IMG/VR virus record: IMGVR_UViG_2671180073_000002
Span: 1,356 to 65,355 of that record
From: a virus
Taxonomy: Duplodnaviria; Caudoviricetes
Direction: 5' to 3' (one strand)
Length of the DNA stretch: 64,000 nucleotides
Both the position numbers and the translations under genes were made by a program. Position 1 is the first letter of the stretch. Every line of letters begins with the position of its first letter. Positions 1 through 9,416 of the stretch are shown here, piece after piece. The notes below the pieces were generated by a model. It searched no databases and was not told where the DNA came from. It was given only the letters and a program-made list of their open reading frames with translations.

Positions 1-6
1 ATAATG

Positions 7-963
7 CTATTTCTCCCTGCGCAGCATCTTACCCATTGCAGCAACGCCTTGCTTAAGGTGACTTGTCTCAAGATGAGAGTACAGGTCAGCCGTGATCGCA
101 ATGGTAGAGTGTCCTAACAAGTCGCGCAAGGCTACCAGATTTCCGCCTGATTGCAAGAACCAACTTGCGTATGTGTGCCGCAGGTCATGGAAGCGAACGT
201 GATCCAGCCCAGCGGTTGCGCGCGCCTTTTCAAAATATGTCCGGAGAGTTGAGTAAGTAATATCCAATGGTAAGGGAATGGCCAGCGCTTCATCTGGTAT
301 AGGCACAAGCCGGGGCTTGCCCGACTTCGCTACTTTTATGAAGATGCAGCCATCGCGGATATGGTCAGGCATAAGGTTCAGCAATTCGGTTTCCCGTAAT
401 CCCGACATGCACGCCAGCAGGATTGCATCAGCCACCCTTGGGTGCTCGCATACCGCAGCAAGGTTTGATGCTTGTTCGGGAGTAAGGTAAATGTCGCGGC
501 GCGCTTCGCCGGACAGAAGTTTGATTCGCTGTCCTAAACTTTGGTCTAGCCATCCCCACTGATCGTGGGCTAGATTCGCTACGCGGCGCAGGATGGCAAG
601 GCGGCGGTTTATGGTGGCAGGTTTTAATCCGGACTTTATGCCATCTGCTTTTATCGTTTCTGCAACCTTGACGATTTCATGCAGAGGGACGCCAGAACAG
701 TATGGTTCAATGGCCGACACTTTGCAGAGTAAATTCTGGTAACTTTTGAGTATCTTCGCCTCTCCGGTCAACCACTTTACCAACGCCTCTTCAATAGTTC
801 TTTTTGGGGCATGCCCGAGACGGCCCGCTACAGCATCCTTTCTGATCTTCGCTTCTAGCTGAAGCGCGTCTTGGCGCGTCGCTCCCCGTCCAAGAGAGAC
901 TTCAACGCCCCGACCTTTGATTTGTAGGCGGGCATACCAAATGTCGCCACGTTTCCGGGGCAT
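7..963 (-). CDS. int: Tyrosine integrase
   Basis: SGLRxxE, HDLRH, LGHS and Y catalytic motifs. Confidence 0.95.
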   Translation of the reverse strand: MPRKRGDIWYARLQIKGRGVEVSLGRGATRQDALQLEAKIRKDAVAGRLGHAPKRTIEEALVKWLTGEAKILKSYQNLLCKVSAIEPYCSGVPLHEIVKVAETIKADGIKSGLKPATINRRLAILRRVANLAHDQWGWLDQSLGQRIKLLSGEARRDIYLTPEQASNLAAVCEHPRVADAILLACMSGLRETELLNLMPDHIRDGCIFIKVAKSGKPRLVPIPDEALAIPLPLDITYSTLRTYFEKARATAGLDHVRFHDLRHTYASWFLQSGGNLVALRDLLGHSTIAITADLYSHLETSHLKQGVAAMGKMLRREK

Positions 964-1148
964 ATTTCCGTTTTCTCCGTATATGTGCGCAGCCGGGAAA
1001 TATAAGCGTTTAAGTCAGATTCCGCAATTAGAACCCTGCCTCGAACCCGGCAGACAGCTATTTCGCCGTCGTTGATTTCCCGCTCGAGCGTTCGCCGGGA
1101 GATTGATAACCGCTCTGCTGCTTGCGGAATTGTTAAAAGCCGTGTCAC
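855..1148 (-). CDS. xis: Excisionase-like HTH protein
   Basis: LLTIPQAAERLSISRRTL HTH_17 pattern, directly upstream of int. Confidence 0.85.
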   Translation of the reverse strand: MTRLLTIPQAAERLSISRRTLEREINDGEIAVCRVRGRVLIAESDLNAYISRLRTYTEKTEICPGNVATFGMPAYKSKVGALKSLLDGERRAKTRFS

Positions 1149-1149
1149 T

Positions 1150-1455
1150 TCAACCTTCCCTCAAGTGATACCGCAACTCAACCCTTCTTGCCGCATCCCT
1201 CAACTTGCTTGGCGTGCATAGTTTCATGGCCTCAATGCCGATCGCCATCATGGTTTCCAACTCCGCTCGCTCGTCGTCGCCCCATTTCATCAACTCAGCA
1301 ACGCACGAGATAAGCCGCTGATCTTTCATCTTCGAGATAGATTGAGCGAGATATTCCAGATCATTCCTCGGCAAGTTACCAGCGCCTTGCAGCAACTCTT
1401 TCGCCCGAGCTGTGCAACCGTCTATGATGGTTTGTTTGTCGAGTAGAGCGCTCAC
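1150..1455 (-). CDS. Hypothetical phage protein
   Basis: Coupled ORF in the early-left operon. Confidence 0.65.
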   Translation of the reverse strand: MSALLDKQTIIDGCTARAKELLQGAGNLPRNDLEYLAQSISKMKDQRLISCVAELMKWGDDERAELETMMAIGIEAMKLCTPSKLRDAARRVELRYHLREG

Positions 1456-1655
1456 TTCAACCGTCCCTCATCCCTAAGCCTATCCTTCAACTCGGGACCA
1501 ACCTTCGGCAGCGGCATCCATGCGGCCATACCGATCTGCCAGAGGCCTATAGTCGCGATCCCGCCAGCGTTGAGCATGAGTATCTTCGATCCCTTCGGCG
1601 GAGTCGAATCGTCTGGATGTAGCCATTCTCCGGGCGGCGCAGCGTGGTATCTCAT
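1452..1655 (-). CDS. DUF551-like small phage protein
   Basis: W..PP..AWMPLP pattern; 4-bp overlaps. Confidence 0.6.
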   Translation of the reverse strand: MRYHAAPPGEWLHPDDSTPPKGSKILMLNAGGIATIGLWQIGMAAWMPLPKVGPELKDRLRDEGRLK

Positions 1656-2311
1656 TGCCCAATCCTTTTGAATTCAATTGCCCAAACGAAAGGATTGGCG
1701 TCCCAACTACCCGCGCCGTTGATGGTTTCCCATAGGATTTTGTAGCAAGCGACGGCGGACTCAAGTGTCTGGATTTCGCCAAAATAGTCGCCCACCCAAT
1801 AAATGTGATCGATTTCCGAGTGGTCATGCTCTACCCCTTCGGCATAGCAGTCAGCCTCGCTTATATCCTGCAAGCGTTCGGCGCGAACGGCGGTAATTTC
1901 GAGCAGGATGCGGCTAAACTTGCGTGGCATGAAAATAGAAGGGCGCCAGCCGCCGAGCATCTTTGCAGCGCCCTCTGGAAAATCTCCGTCAGCGCGAAAA
2001 TGTATCTCGTCCGCTGTTGCGCGCAGATGAGTCTCCCGCACCCATAGCCTGTCGCCGGGTTGGCCGTAGGGACAGCGTTCCTCAATCAACCGAGCTATGT
2101 CGGTTCGGTGCTGCCACAAATGCATTCCGCCGTTTCTACGGTCAGCCTGATTTCCGGTAAGTGAATCAGTTTCTAGATAGCGCCAGCAATCATGGGTTGC
2201 CTGCACCCCATCTTTTCCGCGCAGTTTCACAACCCGCCTCGTCTGCGTCTTGCGGCCATCAAGCAACGCTTGAACCATCGGTGCACTAAATAAAATTGGG
2301 CGTTCTTTCAT
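1652..2311 (-). CDS. ASCH/PUA-like phage protein
   Basis: GRKTQTRR, CPYGQPGDRLWVRE, WRPSIFMPR, NPFVW motifs. Confidence 0.75.
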   Translation of the reverse strand: MKERPILFSAPMVQALLDGRKTQTRRVVKLRGKDGVQATHDCWRYLETDSLTGNQADRRNGGMHLWQHRTDIARLIEERCPYGQPGDRLWVRETHLRATADEIHFRADGDFPEGAAKMLGGWRPSIFMPRKFSRILLEITAVRAERLQDISEADCYAEGVEHDHSEIDHIYWVGDYFGEIQTLESAVACYKILWETINGAGSWDANPFVWAIEFKRIGQ

Positions 2312-2586
2312 GATTCCCTCGCCTTCGCTTCAGCTTTCAATGATGAGTACGAAACGCCGTCAAGCGCGCTGTCGAAGTGGAATCCTGCCGCCGTGAACAG
2401 CCGGACATTCTTGAGCGTCTCGAGTAGCAGCCAGCCATGAGCTTCGGTAAGACTCTGGCCGGTAATGGCGTTAAAAGCCTGAACAGTCGCCGCCATGCTG
2501 CGCTCACCTTCCGGCTTGTCGTAATCCCTGGCGCGCTCGTCCTGGATGCGTACAGCCGCTTTCAGGAAGTCTTGGGATGATTTCAT
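2308..2586 (-). CDS. DUF6378-like protein (nucleotide-metabolism associated)
   Basis: ERxxDY...LKxVR...DSxxDxxxY pattern. Confidence 0.6.
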   Translation of the reverse strand: MKSSQDFLKAAVRIQDERARDYDKPEGERSMAATVQAFNAITGQSLTEAHGWLLLETLKNVRLFTAAGFHFDSALDGVSYSSLKAEAKARES

Positions 2587-3314
2587 ATCGCAAATCTCCG
2601 GTATTTATCGTACAACTCCATGCTGTGCGGCAAATGCTTTCGAACAAGTTGGTCGACTGCTTCAGCATATTTTTGAGTGGGGCCCTGAGCATGGCCATGA
2701 TCCCGCCGTGCCAGAACGTTCATGAGATTATGCAGATCACATTGCCATATCCAATGGGTGTAGTGGTTGACGTGTAGGAATAGGCGCGCTTGCTCCATGG
2801 CTATGCCGTTTTCGATGGCCGCTTCATACCTCGCGTAGCTGTCGCGGCAGGCGTCGTCCAACGATATTTGGAAAGCCCTTGCCTTCCCCACTTCCCCCGG
2901 ATTAAAGACATCGACAGGTCGCCCGCCCTGCTTCTTATCAGTTGTTTGTAAGACGACTTCATCCAGAGTCGGGATATACCATTCCTTGGGCAATTGAACG
3001 TACCGAGCAGACGCTTCGTTCAATCGCGCCGTTCTGTGACGAACAAACTGGCGCGCGACGAAGATAGGGAGCTTCATTTCTAGCCACACCACAACTTGCT
3101 CGAAGGGACCGGTATGCCAGTTCTTCATAAGGTAGCTATCGAGGCGTAAATCTTCCTCTCTCGCACGATCCTTATCCTGTCCCTCGAATGAGAAGCGAGC
3201 TGCGTTGGCAGGGTCGGTATCGTCGGCGTCAAATGCTGCATCGGGGCGTCTGGTTGGTCCAGACATGTTCCTCAACAGAACAAAGCCATGATCGAGTACG
3301 GGGAGCTTATTCAT
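2583..3314 (-). CDS. thyX: FAD-dependent thymidylate synthase
   Basis: RHRx7S motif (RHRTARLNEASARY), HTGPFE. Confidence 0.93.
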   Translation of the reverse strand: MNKLPVLDHGFVLLRNMSGPTRRPDAAFDADDTDPANAARFSFEGQDKDRAREEDLRLDSYLMKNWHTGPFEQVVVWLEMKLPIFVARQFVRHRTARLNEASARYVQLPKEWYIPTLDEVVLQTTDKKQGGRPVDVFNPGEVGKARAFQISLDDACRDSYARYEAAIENGIAMEQARLFLHVNHYTHWIWQCDLHNLMNVLARRDHGHAQGPTQKYAEAVDQLVRKHLPHSMELYDKYRRFAI

Positions 3315-3663
3315 CTACTTTCCCCTCACTTTCGCTATCGACGAAGCATCGCATTGCAGCGATTAGTTGCGTATGGCCAAACTGAAAGACTCCATCTTTT
3401 TTTATTTCCATTGGAATCTCTGCATACCATGCGCCGTTTATTCGCGGTATGGTACTTATCTTCGCCTGCTCCATGAGCGGGCCACCTTGCGCCCAATTCT
3501 CCGAAGGCTTCCACTGCGCCACATGACATCTATACCGATTCTCGTTGGCAGGATCGAACCAGACCGGGATGGCGCCCCACATCCGCTGCTGCCAGCCGAG
3601 AGCTAGGGCCACTTGATCGTTTAGCGCTTCGCCGGATAGCGCTGATACCTTGATCTTGCTCAT
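3307..3663 (-). CDS. DUF2591/NinX-like phage protein
   Basis: LSGEALNDQVA, PSENWAQGGPL, LIAAMRCFV; start reassigned to ATG 3663. Confidence 0.75.
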   Translation of the reverse strand: MSKIKVSALSGEALNDQVALALGWQQRMWGAIPVWFDPANENRYRCHVAQWKPSENWAQGGPLMEQAKISTIPRINGAWYAEIPMEIKKDGVFQFGHTQLIAAMRCFVDSESEGKVDE

Positions 3664-3836
3664 GACTTCCCCCATAAATCCATTTGTGCCGGCACGGCGA
3701 ATGCCTTCTTGCGAGCGCTCGCCGCCCATTCCAACAAGGTGAAGCAGAACCCTCTTTGAGTTTGTATCCCCGCTCGCCGACGTGCCTCCTGTAGATAAAC
3801 TCTGGCGCGATGTATCGCCGCCTCTCTGTCCGTCAC
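3660..3836 (-). CDS. Small 58-aa phage protein (not in ORF track)
   Basis: GTG overlaps dut stop; MTDREAAIHRARVYLQEARRR...QMDLWGKS; stop overlaps next ATG. Confidence 0.6.
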   Translation of the reverse strand: MTDREAAIHRARVYLQEARRRAGIQTQRGFCFTLLEWAASARKKAFAVPAQMDLWGKS

Positions 3837-4252
3837 GATCCGCTACTCCCAAACCCATTCTCCCCGCGCTCAGTCTCATCCAGTTCGTCAACGACTACCG
3901 GATTCCAGAGTTCGACTTTCTGGATGACGAGCTGGGCTATGCGGTCGCCAGCCTTTATTTCGAATTGCCAGCGCTTTACGGTTGTGAGCGCCACTATCAA
4001 TTCACCGCGATAATCGCTATCGATCAGCCCTGCAAGTCGATCAACTCCATGCCTTATCGCCAGTCCAGAACGCGGATGAATAACGCCTGCGTATCCCGTC
4101 GGGATCGCCATCGCTACTCCTGTCTTAACCATCGCGATCTGATTCGGCAACACAATACAATCGTCCAGAGCATACAAATCCAGTCCCGCGTCGGTCGCAT
4201 TCGCCCGAGTCGGAACCTTAGCGTCGGGATGAAGCAATTTAATTTTCAGCAT
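3833..4252 (-). CDS. dut: Trimeric dUTPase
   Basis: AGLDL, PRSGL, GLIDSDYRGE, RIAQL, RGENGFGSSG. Confidence 0.96.
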   Translation of the reverse strand: MLKIKLLHPDAKVPTRANATDAGLDLYALDDCIVLPNQIAMVKTGVAMAIPTGYAGVIHPRSGLAIRHGVDRLAGLIDSDYRGELIVALTTVKRWQFEIKAGDRIAQLVIQKVELWNPVVVDELDETERGENGFGSSGS

Positions 4253-5211
4253 GATTTATCCTTGTTCAGTTCGGCGCGGAGGTTATCGGCAGTTGGTCCA
4301 GAGCCAAGCAGATCAAGAATCCTTAATGCTTCCGCCGCCTTCCTCAGTCCGTTGTCGGCGGGGGTGTTTGGCGACGCGACAGGCAGAGGGGAATGTTTCG
4401 GTTTTGCCGCTTGCTTTGCTCGAATCTGCTCAACCTTCTGCCAAATCCTTGCAAGCTCGACATCTCCGGATTTGTGCATGTCCAGTCCATGCGAAAGACA
4501 GAGCGCTGCTAGTGTCACCATTACCCCGCCAATCTCTTGGTGGATCATGCCCACTGGTCTGCCGTAAACATAATCAACTAACTGATGCGCCTCGTCCTGC
4601 GAGCATGCGCACGCCTGCACAAGCTCCAATGCCTCTTCCAGAAATCTGTGATTTCGTTCCACCTTATCAGCGGAGATTTTCTCGCCGAAGCACGCCATCA
4701 TCCATGGCTGCACGCGATACTGGAATGCTACCGGCTCAACCTCTGGCGCTGGCGGTGTCCATGTAACATCTTCCGGGCGCATGGCCTTAATGCTGCCGTC
4801 ACTCATCAGATAATCATTTATCCCAGTCGAGCCGCCGTAGGAATGGACGCGCGTAGCAACTGGCTCAACCTCCTGCGCTGGCGGTGTCGAGCGCAGCCTT
4901 GTCAACTCGATTAAGCAGTCTTGCAGCACAACATCAGGATCGGTTGCCTCGACAGGAATTCGCATTGCGGCATAACCGCTTTTTATCCGCTCTATCGCAG
5001 TCTCAATGCGCTCTTCGAGCGGCATGCCGGAATCTCGCATCGCAGGGAACCGTTCAACAGCTAATTGCATTGCCACTGGCGGCGTCGGGGCGGCTGCGAG
5101 TGCCACGGAAGCTTTATTCAGAAAGCTAGTAAGTCGGGACGCCTCATGGCCGTAAAGCGCGACTTCGATTTGTCCTAGTCCGTCCTGTACATTAATTTTG
5201 ACTATTTTCAT
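4246..5211 (-). CDS. Mosaic early protein with C-terminal MazG-like NTP pyrophosphohydrolase domain
   Basis: RFLEEALELVQA...QEIGGVMVTL EExxE pattern. Confidence 0.6.
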   Translation of the reverse strand: MKIVKINVQDGLGQIEVALYGHEASRLTSFLNKASVALAAAPTPPVAMQLAVERFPAMRDSGMPLEERIETAIERIKSGYAAMRIPVEATDPDVVLQDCLIELTRLRSTPPAQEVEPVATRVHSYGGSTGINDYLMSDGSIKAMRPEDVTWTPPAPEVEPVAFQYRVQPWMMACFGEKISADKVERNHRFLEEALELVQACACSQDEAHQLVDYVYGRPVGMIHQEIGGVMVTLAALCLSHGLDMHKSGDVELARIWQKVEQIRAKQAAKPKHSPLPVASPNTPADNGLRKAAEALRILDLLGSGPTADNLRAELNKDKSC

Positions 5212-5552
5212 TTCGTCTCCTTCATTGCGGCGTCGATTGTTTGCACGGATAGATTGACCTCAAATCCATAAGCCTCATCGACCCTGGCTTCTAAAGCATA
5301 TATTCCGCCATCAATTAGCCATTTGAGCCGCTCCGAATCTTTCTGCAACCGCTCAATCCCACATCTGCTATTCGCTGCTACATCGCATTTCTCGTGGAAT
5401 AGAATAGAAACGCGCTCCACTTCGGCCTTGAGCGCGACGTTTTCATCCGTTAGCCGCCCGATCTCCGTTTTAAAAATCCCTTTGTGCAGAGCGAGGTTGT
5501 TGATTACGTCGTTATCCACCCGCTTCTCGAACTCTCTATTTCCCATTTTCAA
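5208..5552 (-). CDS. Hypothetical phage protein
   Basis: Coupled ORF; DSERLKWL...IDAAM motif typical of early phage genes. Confidence 0.6.
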   Translation of the reverse strand: MKMGNREFEKRVDNDVINNLALHKGIFKTEIGRLTDENVALKAEVERVSILFHEKCDVAANSRCGIERLQKDSERLKWLIDGGIYALEARVDEAYGFEVNLSVQTIDAAMKETK

Positions 5553-6009
5553 CCTCCTTCAGCCGCTTAACTTCAGCCCTGAGTTCTTCGATTTCATCTT
5601 TAGCCAGATACCATTGCAACGTACGAAAGCTGAACCCAAGCTTCTTAGCCACCGCGTCCAGGCTACGTGTTTTCAGAGCCTTTTTGACCCAATGCCGCTT
5701 CTCTTGATACCTATCCCAAGCGGAGGTCTCTACCGTTTTTCTTTGGGATTTAAACTTCAGTCTCGCGGCTTTTAGCTCGGGGATTTTCCCGATATATTGG
5801 TTTAACCAAACTACCGAGCATCCGATGAGGTCAGCTATTTCTGCGCTGGATTTGCGATCTGCAACCATCAAGCGGATCAAATCATGATTGCGTTCGCATA
5901 CAGGCTGCTTGTCGATAATACGTGGCGAAACTAACAGCCCGTCCCATGAGCCTGCCGGGATAAACTCACCCCTTTGCAAGCGCCGGACTATTTGCGTTGA
6001 TTCGCTCAT
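5536..6009 (-). CDS. HTH-containing hypothetical protein
   Basis: Two HTH-like segments (SSAEIADLIGCS; LDAVAKKLGFSFRTL). Confidence 0.55.
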   Translation of the reverse strand: MSESTQIVRRLQRGEFIPAGSWDGLLVSPRIIDKQPVCERNHDLIRLMVADRKSSAEIADLIGCSVVWLNQYIGKIPELKAARLKFKSQRKTVETSAWDRYQEKRHWVKKALKTRSLDAVAKKLGFSFRTLQWYLAKDEIEELRAEVKRLKEVENGK

Positions 6010-6215
6010 AGCTGCATTCCTTGCTTAATCGGCATATCGAGTTCGATAGTCGGAGCGCAGTCGTACGTTACGACGGATAACTGAGGCTCTGCGCTGGCCG
6101 GTTCAAACCGAACGGACAGGGCGATAACTAGCAAGATAGCCAGCACGAAAGACGCAGCGCGATCTTTGTTGATCTTGGGGCGGGCCCTGAAGTTTTTCAT
6201 GTCGGTGTTCTTCAT
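6006..6215 (-). CDS. Small membrane-anchored protein
   Basis: Single hydrophobic segment; coupled. Confidence 0.5.
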   Translation of the reverse strand: MKNTDMKNFRARPKINKDRAASFVLAILLVIALSVRFEPASAEPQLSVVTYDCAPTIELDMPIKQGMQL

Positions 6216-6472
6216 TTCTTCCGGGCCTCCAGTAATGCATCCGCTTGCCTGTATGCATCTACAGCCACCGCCTCTAACTTATCTGCGAAGGTTATTGACC
6301 TATCTCCAAACGATGCGGCAAGTAGCGTCTGCATCGCCTTCGCTGCGAAATAATCCCTGAGTGTCATGCCAGGGTTATATGCGGTCGTGTAATCTCCTGA
6401 ATTACCAACCTCTTCCATTCCCGGAAATGCTGCGCCGCCGTTATTTTCTATGCTCATATCGATCCCCTTCAA
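6212..6472 (-). CDS. Conserved lambdoid early protein
   Basis: GGAAFP...[14 protein letters not shown]...[12 protein letters not shown]. Confidence 0.75.
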   Translation of the reverse strand: MKGIDMSIENNGGAAFPGMEEVGNSGDYTTAYNPGMTLRDYFAAKAMQTLLAASFGDRSITFADKLEAVAVDAYRQADALLEARKK

Positions 6473-6903
6473 AAAGGTGTGTCGTCATCCATATCGGAAA
6501 AATCACCCTTTGGCGCGTCACCCGAAGGCTTACTCTGCTGGCGCGGCTCAGATTGCCGTGATTCGCCGCTTGGTTTATCACCCATCATCTTCATATCGCT
6601 GGCGATGATGTCCGTGGTATAGCGCTCAACGCCCGCCTTATCAGTCCATTTGCGAGTCTCAAGCCGCCCCTCTACGTATACCGGGCGACCTTTTTTCAGG
6701 TACTCGCCGGCGATTTCAGCGAGCTTGCGATAAAAGGTGACGCGATGCCATTCGGTTTTTTCCTGTTTTTCGCCGTTTTTATCCTTCCAATTTTCCGTGG
6801 TTGCCAAAGTGATATTGGTCACCGCGTCGCCATTTGGCATGTAACGCGTCTCAGGATCCTTGCCCAAATTGCCAATGAGTATTACCTTGTTTACTGATGC
6901 CAT
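6469..6903 (-). CDS. ssb: Single-stranded DNA-binding protein
   Basis: [18 protein letters not shown]; acidic DDDTPF tail. Confidence 0.97.
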   Translation of the reverse strand: MASVNKVILIGNLGKDPETRYMPNGDAVTNITLATTENWKDKNGEKQEKTEWHRVTFYRKLAEIAGEYLKKGRPVYVEGRLETRKWTDKAGVERYTTDIIASDMKMMGDKPSGESRQSEPRQQSKPSGDAPKGDFSDMDDDTPF

Positions 6904-6923
6904 TTAAGTTGTCCTTTTACTGG

Positions 6924-7799
6924 CTAAAACATGCGGTCGATGATCTCGACCAGATAGGCGGCGTTTACTTTTGCCGGGTCTTTCGCTTTCACGTCATCGA
7001 TAATCTGTATAAAGTATGCAGAGTCAACGCCAGTCAACTGATCCTCTAAAACCGCTGGGTTTGTCAGGTCAAGCTCGCTTATTTGCATCATCATTTTCAG
7101 CACTTGCCCGGCATTGATAACCCATCCGCGCTTTATGAATTTACGCAGGCGCATAACCGAGCAGACGGGATATTTGCTGCCAACGTAAACCAATTCTTTT
7201 GCCAACAAAGCCTCAAGGGCCAGGGGTCTTAGGGCCAGATTGCCATCCCAGATAGACCAGTAGTTGGTGCAATGGACGAAATCGTAGTTCTCGTGGATCT
7301 CGTTCGGTTCACCGTAGAACCGCAAAACTATTTGCATCTTGTGGGATAGGGTTATCGCGTTTGTGGAGAGGAATACAGGCCGATACTTTGGGGCGTCATC
7401 GTCAACGGCCGATAGCGCCGCCTGCTCAGCATCGTTGTACGTGTCCTCTATTTCCCCGGTATCTTGTAGCGTGCGAGCTTCTCCGGCTGTTTCGCCTCGA
7501 CGCCCAGACTCAACGACTATCCGGATGCGCCCATCGTCCTCTTCTTGAGCCTTAATCCCTGCGTTGTTGGCATCGTTGAACTTGCCAACGTAGTAATTAG
7601 CAACCGCCCAAGCGGCCTCTTTTGTTCTGAAGTAAATGTCAAAATCATTTACCGGCTCATTCAGAAGCATTGATGCAATTGCGCCTCCGGTAACAATCGT
7701 ATTCGCTCCGGCCAGAGCCTTTACTTTCTCGTCCTCGATAGAGTCAAGCCAACGGCCAATTTCCTTGTTGAGCACCGCTTTAATTGTCTTTGCTCTCAT
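6924..7799 (-). CDS. Putative Pol-beta superfamily nucleotidyltransferase
   Basis: TGGAIASMLLNEPVNDFDIYF (GG-x-DxD) motif. Confidence 0.55.
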   Translation of the reverse strand: MRAKTIKAVLNKEIGRWLDSIEDEKVKALAGANTIVTGGAIASMLLNEPVNDFDIYFRTKEAAWAVANYYVGKFNDANNAGIKAQEEDDGRIRIVVESGRRGETAGEARTLQDTGEIEDTYNDAEQAALSAVDDDAPKYRPVFLSTNAITLSHKMQIVLRFYGEPNEIHENYDFVHCTNYWSIWDGNLALRPLALEALLAKELVYVGSKYPVCSVMRLRKFIKRGWVINAGQVLKMMMQISELDLTNPAVLEDQLTGVDSAYFIQIIDDVKAKDPAKVNAAYLVEIIDRMF

Positions 7800-9415
7800 T
7801 ACGCTCTCCTTGCTTCTGCTGGCGATTGGGTAACATCAAGGTATGAATCAATCTCCCTCATGACCGCCGAGAGTTCCGTGATGGGCGCGAATTTCTTACG
7901 GAAACACACAAGTTCATGGCGGGCGAGGGCAACGAGAGCGGAGTTGCCGGACGGACCGGATGGCGAGCTGGCGCATGCCTTTACTGGTATCGGCCTTATT
8001 AGTGACTCTACGGGCTTCGGCGCATCAACTGGCTTAATTGCTGACGCTTGCTCAGCACGCACCTTTTCTTCAGCTTTTTTTTGCTCTTCAGCCCGGATGC
8101 TCGCACGCTCTTCTTCCAACTTCTTCGCTTCGTCGGCCTTATGCTGATCGATGCGATTTTTAACCAGCATTTGGAAGTCGTCTTCGGGCTTTTGGATAAT
8201 CTGCTGGAGGTCCGGAAAAAGGAGTTCGTAACCCTTAGAGTTTTCCTTGTGCCAGGCCAACTTCGCACGAACGTCCTTCGCGACCGAGTCAGCCGCTATT
8301 TTGGCGTTTGCAATCGCGGTATTTACCGAATCATGCAAACTGGCCAAAGTTCGCTTGTTCCTTGCGGCGGCAATAAGGTCGGGTTGTTGAACAACAAGGC
8401 GGATAGGATGAATCTCTGCATCAAGGGTGGCGATGTGATCCGCAAATGCCGTCTTCGCCTTCCTGATAATGTCTTCCTTAATCTGCTCCTTACGCGCCTT
8501 TACCATCCTCTCCAGCATCAACCGAGTCTTACGTGCCGTATCCGCATACAGAGCAACAGTACGGCGCATCTCGTCAACGTCAGCGGCTTGCGCGAGTGCG
8601 CTGGCTTCAGCTGCCTCAAGCGCATCCTGTGCCTTCTGGAGCGTCTTTACAGCGGCTTCAGCGTTCGCGAACCCCTGATCGTCAGTCGGCTCAAGATCGA
8701 GGCCATCCACGAACTCATTCAGTTTTTGGCCGAACAGATCAAGATTGGAAATAATGCTGATCTGGCCGGAAGTCTGGATGCTCAGGGAGGGTAGTTGCAT
8801 TACGGCTTCGGCTTCGGGCTTCTCGGGCCGAACTGCCGGGATGTAATCTGCGAGGTCGCGGGCGAATTGATGCCAGCCCTGAATGATGCGCTCCCTTAAC
8901 TCCATGTCTGGCTCATACCAGAAGTGCTTTGCTTCCAGCAGGTTTCCTTGGTCATCCCAATTGGATGCAAGAAATAGAACCTTCTCCGCGCCGGACACAA
9001 GGCACTGTTGCTCCATTTGGATGTGATACATTTCATCCAGATCAGCTACAGTTTGCGCGGCGCGAATAGCGTCATTCAGGCGTTTGTGCTCATAAGCAAT
9101 ATGCTCGAGCATCGTTAAGCCATCGAAGCTCGCTGAATGTTTGGCCTCTGTTCCTGTGACTGGATACAGCGACTCGCCGACTATTTCTTCTGCCAGCGAA
9201 CGCGCAAGATTCTCGAATCTATGCCCCTCGTCGAACCGACGCTGTGTGTGCGAATCAACCTCTGGCGCAATGCCTGTATGTAATTCATGAAGAAATTCTG
9301 AGCGAGTCTTGTATTTCGACACACCCATCATCGCCGGGGCATCGGAGGCGTTCCAGTGTGTGCGGCGGTGAGCATGCCACTCGGGCGAGCCTTGCTCTAA
9401 GTCATGAACTTGCAT
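7799..9415 (-). CDS. YqaJ/lambda-exonuclease family protein with long coiled-coil C-terminus
   Basis: QGSPEWHAHR, ASD, GHRFE, ASFDG, EHK, QMEQQ. Confidence 0.85.
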   Translation of the reverse strand: MQVHDLEQGSPEWHAHRRTHWNASDAPAMMGVSKYKTRSEFLHELHTGIAPEVDSHTQRRFDEGHRFENLARSLAEEIVGESLYPVTGTEAKHSASFDGLTMLEHIAYEHKRLNDAIRAAQTVADLDEMYHIQMEQQCLVSGAEKVLFLASNWDDQGNLLEAKHFWYEPDMELRERIIQGWHQFARDLADYIPAVRPEKPEAEAVMQLPSLSIQTSGQISIISNLDLFGQKLNEFVDGLDLEPTDDQGFANAEAAVKTLQKAQDALEAAEASALAQAADVDEMRRTVALYADTARKTRLMLERMVKARKEQIKEDIIRKAKTAFADHIATLDAEIHPIRLVVQQPDLIAAARNKRTLASLHDSVNTAIANAKIAADSVAKDVRAKLAWHKENSKGYELLFPDLQQIIQKPEDDFQMLVKNRIDQHKADEAKKLEEERASIRAEEQKKAEEKVRAEQASAIKPVDAPKPVESLIRPIPVKACASSPSGPSGNSALVALARHELVCFRKKFAPITELSAVMREIDSYLDVTQSPAEARRA

Positions 9416-9416
9416 G

